Shown: piece after piece, positions 60,138 to 64,000 of the stretch
How positions within the stretch are numbered: the stretch's first letter is position 1
Layout of the letters: every line of letters starts with the position of its first letter
Source of the DNA: an uncultured virus (IMG/VR IMGVR_UViG_3300030012_003600)
Lineage: Duplodnaviria > Heunggongvirae > Uroviricota > Caudoviricetes
Length of the DNA stretch: 64,000 bases
IMG/VR virus record: IMGVR_UViG_3300030012_003600
Reading direction: 5' to 3' (one strand)
Program-made: the position numbers and the translations under genes
Notes under the pieces: model-generated
What the model was told of the DNA's origin: nothing
Seen by the model: only the letters and a program-made list of their open reading frames with translations
Databases searched by the model: none

Positions 60138-60644
60138 ATGGCTAACTCTTGGAGTTTTCTTTCTGACGAAATTATGAGCACCAATGAAATTTATGAAGAT
60201 TCTCTATCGGGAATTACTTCAGCAACTAAAGAAGATTGGAATGATTTCTGGACAGGTGATGGAATTAGTTTGACTGATAATCCATATTATCGGACGGATA
60301 CCATTACTATTAATGATGATCAAACTATTAACCTTGATATGACAAGTAACAACCCCACTAGATTTAAATACAGTGAAGAACGTATTCTAAAAGAACTGAC
60401 TGAATACATTTCTGATACATACACTGCTCACTACTCTGCCGGTGATGATAAAGTACAAACACTTGATTTGATTGAAGCATGTGGTGATGGTGAATCTTTC
60501 TGCCGCAGTAATATCCTCAAGTATGCCTCACGTTATGATAAGAAAGGTACAGCCCGACGTGACATTATGAAGATCTTGCATTATGCTGTTCTTCTAATGC
60601 ATTTTAATGACAAGAATGCTCAACGTGAAATTTACCCTCAGTGA
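60138..60644 (+). CDS. conserved hypothetical protein (DUF3310-like)
   Basis: YISDTYTAHY, QTLDLIEA, FCRSNILKYASRYDKKG..DIMKILHYA; start uncertain (60138 or 60174). Confidence 0.75.
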   Translation: MANSWSFLSDEIMSTNEIYEDSLSGITSATKEDWNDFWTGDGISLTDNPYYRTDTITINDDQTINLDMTSNNPTRFKYSEERILKELTEYISDTYTAHYSAGDDKVQTLDLIEACGDGESFCRSNILKYASRYDKKGTARRDIMKILHYAVLLMHFNDKNAQREIYPQ

Positions 60645-60661
60645 TGAAAATTCGTAATCCA

Positions 60662-61327
60662 ATGAAACTGTCCGACAAAACTCTTTCTGTTCTGAAGAAC
60701 TTCTCCTCTATCAATCAGTCTATTTTATTTAAAGAGGGTAATAAACTTCGCACTATTAGTGTGATGAAAAATATTCTTGCTGAAGCAACTGTAACTGAAG
60801 ACTTTTCAAAAGACTTTGGTATCTATGATCTTAATCAGTTCCTTAATGGTCTGAGTCTTCACGCAAGTCCTGAACTTGACTTTGGGAATGAAGGATATGT
60901 TGTTATCCGTGAAGGCAAGATGCGTTCTAAGTATTTCTTTGCTGATCCGAATGTCATTGTTACTCCTCCCGAAAAGGCAATTAATCTACCTAGTGAAGAT
61001 GTCTGTTTTGAACTGAGTACAGATCAACTTGATAAATTGTTGAAAGCAGCAGCAGTATATCAACTGCCTGATATCTCCGCAGTAGGTGAATCTGGTGTTA
61101 TTAAACTGGTTGTTCGTGACAAGAAAAATGACACCTCTAATGATTTTGCTATCGTTGTTGGTGAGACTGAGAAAGAGTTCTCTTTCAACTTTAAGGTAGA
61201 AAATATCAAGGTTCTTCCTGGCACGTATGAAGTTGTGGTGTCTCAGAAACTTCTCTCTCGTTTCACTTCTAAAAATCATGACCTCACTTACTACATCGCA
61301 CTTGAACCCGACTCCACCTTCGGGTAA
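60662..61327 (+). CDS. gp45: sliding clamp gp45
   Basis: MKLSDKTLSVLKNFSSINQSI, FGIYDLNQFL, YYIALEPDS. Confidence 0.96.
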   Translation: MKLSDKTLSVLKNFSSINQSILFKEGNKLRTISVMKNILAEATVTEDFSKDFGIYDLNQFLNGLSLHASPELDFGNEGYVVIREGKMRSKYFFADPNVIVTPPEKAINLPSEDVCFELSTDQLDKLLKAAAVYQLPDISAVGESGVIKLVVRDKKNDTSNDFAIVVGETEKEFSFNFKVENIKVLPGTYEVVVSQKLLSRFTSKNHDLTYYIALEPDSTFG

Positions 61328-61417
61328 AAGGGATTATCCGTATCCACTGTATGCTCCATGGACTGCAGTGGAAGCGGGTAAAAAACAATTTCGTGAATGG
61401 TTAAAAAAACAACAAGA

Positions 61418-61753
61418 ATGAAACATATTCTTTTTACCCTTAAAGGTTGTCCGTTTGAATCTCTTGATAATAAAGGATTTATTCGGATGCTTTTATATAA
61501 TGCAACAAAAAAATGTAAATCTACACTTTTAAATCTTGCGGTTCATAAATTTGAACCTCAAGGAGTTACTGGCATTGCTATGTTAGCAGAAAGTCATATT
61601 TCTATTCATACATGGCCAGAAAAGGGTATAGCAGTTTGTGATGTTTTTACCTGCGGTGATACCGCAGAACCTGAAAATGGTGTAGAATATATGAAAGAAC
61701 AATTGAAAGCAACTGATATTGTGTCTCATGAATTTGTTCGTCCTTTGGAATGA
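61418..61753 (+). CDS. speD: S-adenosylmethionine decarboxylase proenzyme
   Basis: HKFEPQGVT, LAESHISIHTWPE (pyruvoyl E/S cleavage site), DVFTCG. Confidence 0.92.
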   Translation: MKHILFTLKGCPFESLDNKGFIRMLLYNATKKCKSTLLNLAVHKFEPQGVTGIAMLAESHISIHTWPEKGIAVCDVFTCGDTAEPENGVEYMKEQLKATDIVSHEFVRPLE

Positions 61754-61755
61754 TT

Positions 61756-62700
61756 ATGCGTAATGAATTTCTTTGGGTTGAAAAGTATCGACCTAAAACT
61801 ATTGAAGATTGTATTTTACCAACAAATATTAAGAAGACTTTTCAAGACTTCCTAGATAAAGGTGAGGTGCCAAATCTACTTCTTGCTGGACCTGCTGGGT
61901 GTGGTAAAACAACCGTAGCTAAAGCACTTTGTAACGAACTGGGGGTAGACGTTTATGTCATCAATGGATCAGATGAGGGACGTTTTCTTGATACGGTCAG
62001 AAATACTGCAAAAAATTTCGCTTCGACCGTCTCACTTCAAGCAACTGGCAGACACAAAGTCATCATCATCGATGAAGCCGATAACACAACAAACGATGTA
62101 CAACTCCTCCTTAGGGCGTTTACGGAGGAGTTTTCTGGCAATTGCAGATTCATCTTCACCTGCAATTTTAAAAACAAAATTATCGAACCTCTCCACTCCA
62201 GATGTGCCTGCATTGACTTTTCCGTCAATTCCAAAAGCAAACCCCAACTTGCAGCACAGTTCTTCAAAAGAATCCAAGAAATCTTGGTTGCAGAAAGTGT
62301 TGAATATGATAACAAGGTCCTGGTAGAATTAATTAATAAGCACTTCCCAGATTGGCGACGTGTTTTAAATGAATGCCAACGCTACTCTGCTGGTGGTAAG
62401 ATTGACTCTGGCATTCTTGCAACCTTTAGTGATGTAAAAGTAAATGACTTGGTTAAGAAACTTAAGGAAAAAGATTTTCCCGAAGTACGTAAATGGGTTG
62501 TCAATAACCTGGACAACGATACTTCTGTTCTATTGCGTCGTATTTACGATGCTTGTTATGATTCCATGGTTCCGAATAGTATTCCTGCTGCTGTGCTTAC
62601 TCTTGCTAAGTATCAGTATCAAATGGCATTTGTGGCGGATCAAGAAATAAATATGCTTGCGTGTCTAACCGAAATTATGGTGGAGTGTGAATTCAAATGA
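61756..62700 (+). CDS. gp44: clamp loader large subunit gp44
   Basis: LWVEKYRP, GPAGCGKTT, IIDEAD, PLHSRC, FPDWRR. Confidence 0.97.
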   Translation: MRNEFLWVEKYRPKTIEDCILPTNIKKTFQDFLDKGEVPNLLLAGPAGCGKTTVAKALCNELGVDVYVINGSDEGRFLDTVRNTAKNFASTVSLQATGRHKVIIIDEADNTTNDVQLLLRAFTEEFSGNCRFIFTCNFKNKIIEPLHSRCACIDFSVNSKSKPQLAAQFFKRIQEILVAESVEYDNKVLVELINKHFPDWRRVLNECQRYSAGGKIDSGILATFSDVKVNDLVKKLKEKDFPEVRKWVVNNLDNDTSVLLRRIYDACYDSMVPNSIPAAVLTLAKYQYQMAFVADQEINMLACLTEIMVECEFK

Positions 62701-62894
62701 AAAAATCTAGACAAAAAAAATCCAGAACGTATTACTACTTCTGGTCATTCATGGCACTTACAGTATTCCTTGGACAACTTTATGTTGGAACGGGATATCG
62801 TCTTCTGAATAACAGTATGCAAGAAATATTTGATAAAGTTGATGGAGTAATTCTCCGAAATGCAGAACCTTATGATGAACCTGATTATCTCTGA
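62697..62894 (+). CDS. small membrane-anchored hypothetical protein
   Basis: Basic N-terminus then hydrophobic YYYFWSFMALTVFLGQLYV; coupled at both ends. Confidence 0.7.
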   Translation: MKKSRQKKSRTYYYFWSFMALTVFLGQLYVGTGYRLLNNSMQEIFDKVDGVILRNAEPYDEPDYL

Positions 62895-63769
62895 TGAAAG
62901 CACTGAAAACCCCTCTTCGTTATCCTGGTGGCAAATCCAAAGCCATCAAAACTCTGTCTGCTTGGTATCCAAAAGTAATCACTGAGTATCGTGAACCCTT
63001 TATTGGTGGGGGTTCCATTGCTATTGATGTGACCAAATCTAATCCTGACATTCCTGTTTGGATTAATGATCTGTATGTGCCCCTCTATAACTTCTGGGTG
63101 CAACTGCGTGATCGTGGTCAAGACCTCTCTGAGAGTGTCAGGGAGCAAAAAGAGAAGATGCTTGAGAGTGGCACTCAAGAGGAGAAAGATAAATTTGCTA
63201 AAGAACTGTTTAATCAGTACAAAGCAGATATTGACACTTATGATGATTTTCAGAAGGCAGTTGCTTTCTTTATCATGAACAAGTGTAGTTTCTCTGGTCT
63301 GACTGAGAACAGCACATTCTCTCGCACTGCTGCTAATTCCAATTTCTCTTTGGTTGGTGCAGATAAACTTTCTCAGTTTTCTGAACTGATTAAGAACTGG
63401 AAGATAACTAACATTGATTACTCTGAAGTAATGAATGCTGATGGTCCTGAGAATACTTTTGTATTCCTTGATCCTCCTTATGACATCAAAGACTTTCTGT
63501 ATGGAAAGAATCGTGAGATGCATAAGTCATTTGACCATGATGACTTTGCTCAAAACGTTTACAAGTGTCCTCACAAGTTCATGATTACATACAATGTTAA
63601 TGAACGACTTGAGGAATTGTATAAAGATTATGAACTTAAATATTGGAAGTTACGATATTCAATGGCACATCGTGGTGATAAAGGCACTGATGATAATGTC
63701 AAGACTGAACTTCTGGTTACTAACTATTCCCTTACTCCTAAGACACCTCTGGAGGAGCAATGGAACTGA
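62894..63769 (+). CDS. dam: DNA adenine methyltransferase (Dam/D12 class)
   Basis: PLRYPGGKS, EPFIGGGS, WINDL, FLDPPY. Confidence 0.92.
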   Translation: MKALKTPLRYPGGKSKAIKTLSAWYPKVITEYREPFIGGGSIAIDVTKSNPDIPVWINDLYVPLYNFWVQLRDRGQDLSESVREQKEKMLESGTQEEKDKFAKELFNQYKADIDTYDDFQKAVAFFIMNKCSFSGLTENSTFSRTAANSNFSLVGADKLSQFSELIKNWKITNIDYSEVMNADGPENTFVFLDPPYDIKDFLYGKNREMHKSFDHDDFAQNVYKCPHKFMITYNVNERLEELYKDYELKYWKLRYSMAHRGDKGTDDNVKTELLVTNYSLTPKTPLEEQWN

Positions 63770-64000
63770 AAGATTGGTTGAATTCCATTAACTTCAATAA
63801 GGAAGATTTAAGTGAGGACACTAGCTCTTACCCTCCATATATCGTTAATCGTTGTTTGTCTGGTCATCTTGATTGTATCATGTTTGCTAATCAGATGAAT
63901 TTATATAATCATCTTGATAAAGATATGCAATATTCTTTTTATCTAAATAGTCTGAGGAAAAGAAAGAGATTCTCTCCCTGGCTCCGAAAGGAAAAAGTCA
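63760..64000 (+). CDS. gp62: clamp loader small subunit gp62 (truncated by window end)
   Basis: GGAGGAG RBS; MELKDWLNSIN..YPPYIVNRCLS..MFANQMN..KRKRFSPW. Confidence 0.92.
   Translation, partial: MELKDWLNSINFNKEDLSEDTSSYPPYIVNRCLSGHLDCIMFANQMNLYNHLDKDMQYSFYLNSLRKRKRFSPWLRKEKV

Noticed and set aside
62885..63523. 212-aa minus-strand ORF
   Set aside because: Lies almost entirely opposite dam, has no recognisable motif, and is best explained as a codon-bias shadow

Overview
The window is a 64 kb, AT-rich segment of a T4-like marine cyanophage (myovirus), with all credible genes on the + strand. The very large gp7 and the VrlC-like gene in place of g9-g12 suggest the large-genome P-SSM2/S-SM2-like group. 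It runs from the end of a small-ORF early region through a non-coding junction (two assembly gaps, 1503-1512 and 1844-1889). The structural module follows: gp25, gp6, 4037-aa gp7, gp8, VrlC-like, gp13-16, accessory genes, gp17-23 and gp3. The replication/recombination module comes next: uvsY, uvsW, gp55, gp47, gp46, cobT/cobS-like, gp45, speD, gp44, dam and partial gp62. Most interesting observations: (1) an 801-aa modular protein next to terL whose modules are separated by prohead-protease-like (hydrophobic)-X-E sites, coupled to a 41-aa ORF with a T4-type capsid targeting sequence, so a candidate head-packaged polyprotein; (2) an unlisted 59-aa NblA-like ORF in the late operon; (3) a G-[IVLF]-[GASTN]-[TS] motif pervading virion proteins, next to a GT-A glycosyltransferase-like gene; (4) a recurrent inverted-repeat promoter element and two leftward sigma70 promoters. 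I saw no tRNA, CRISPR array, intron or intein. All family calls come from motif recognition and synteny; no database searches were run.
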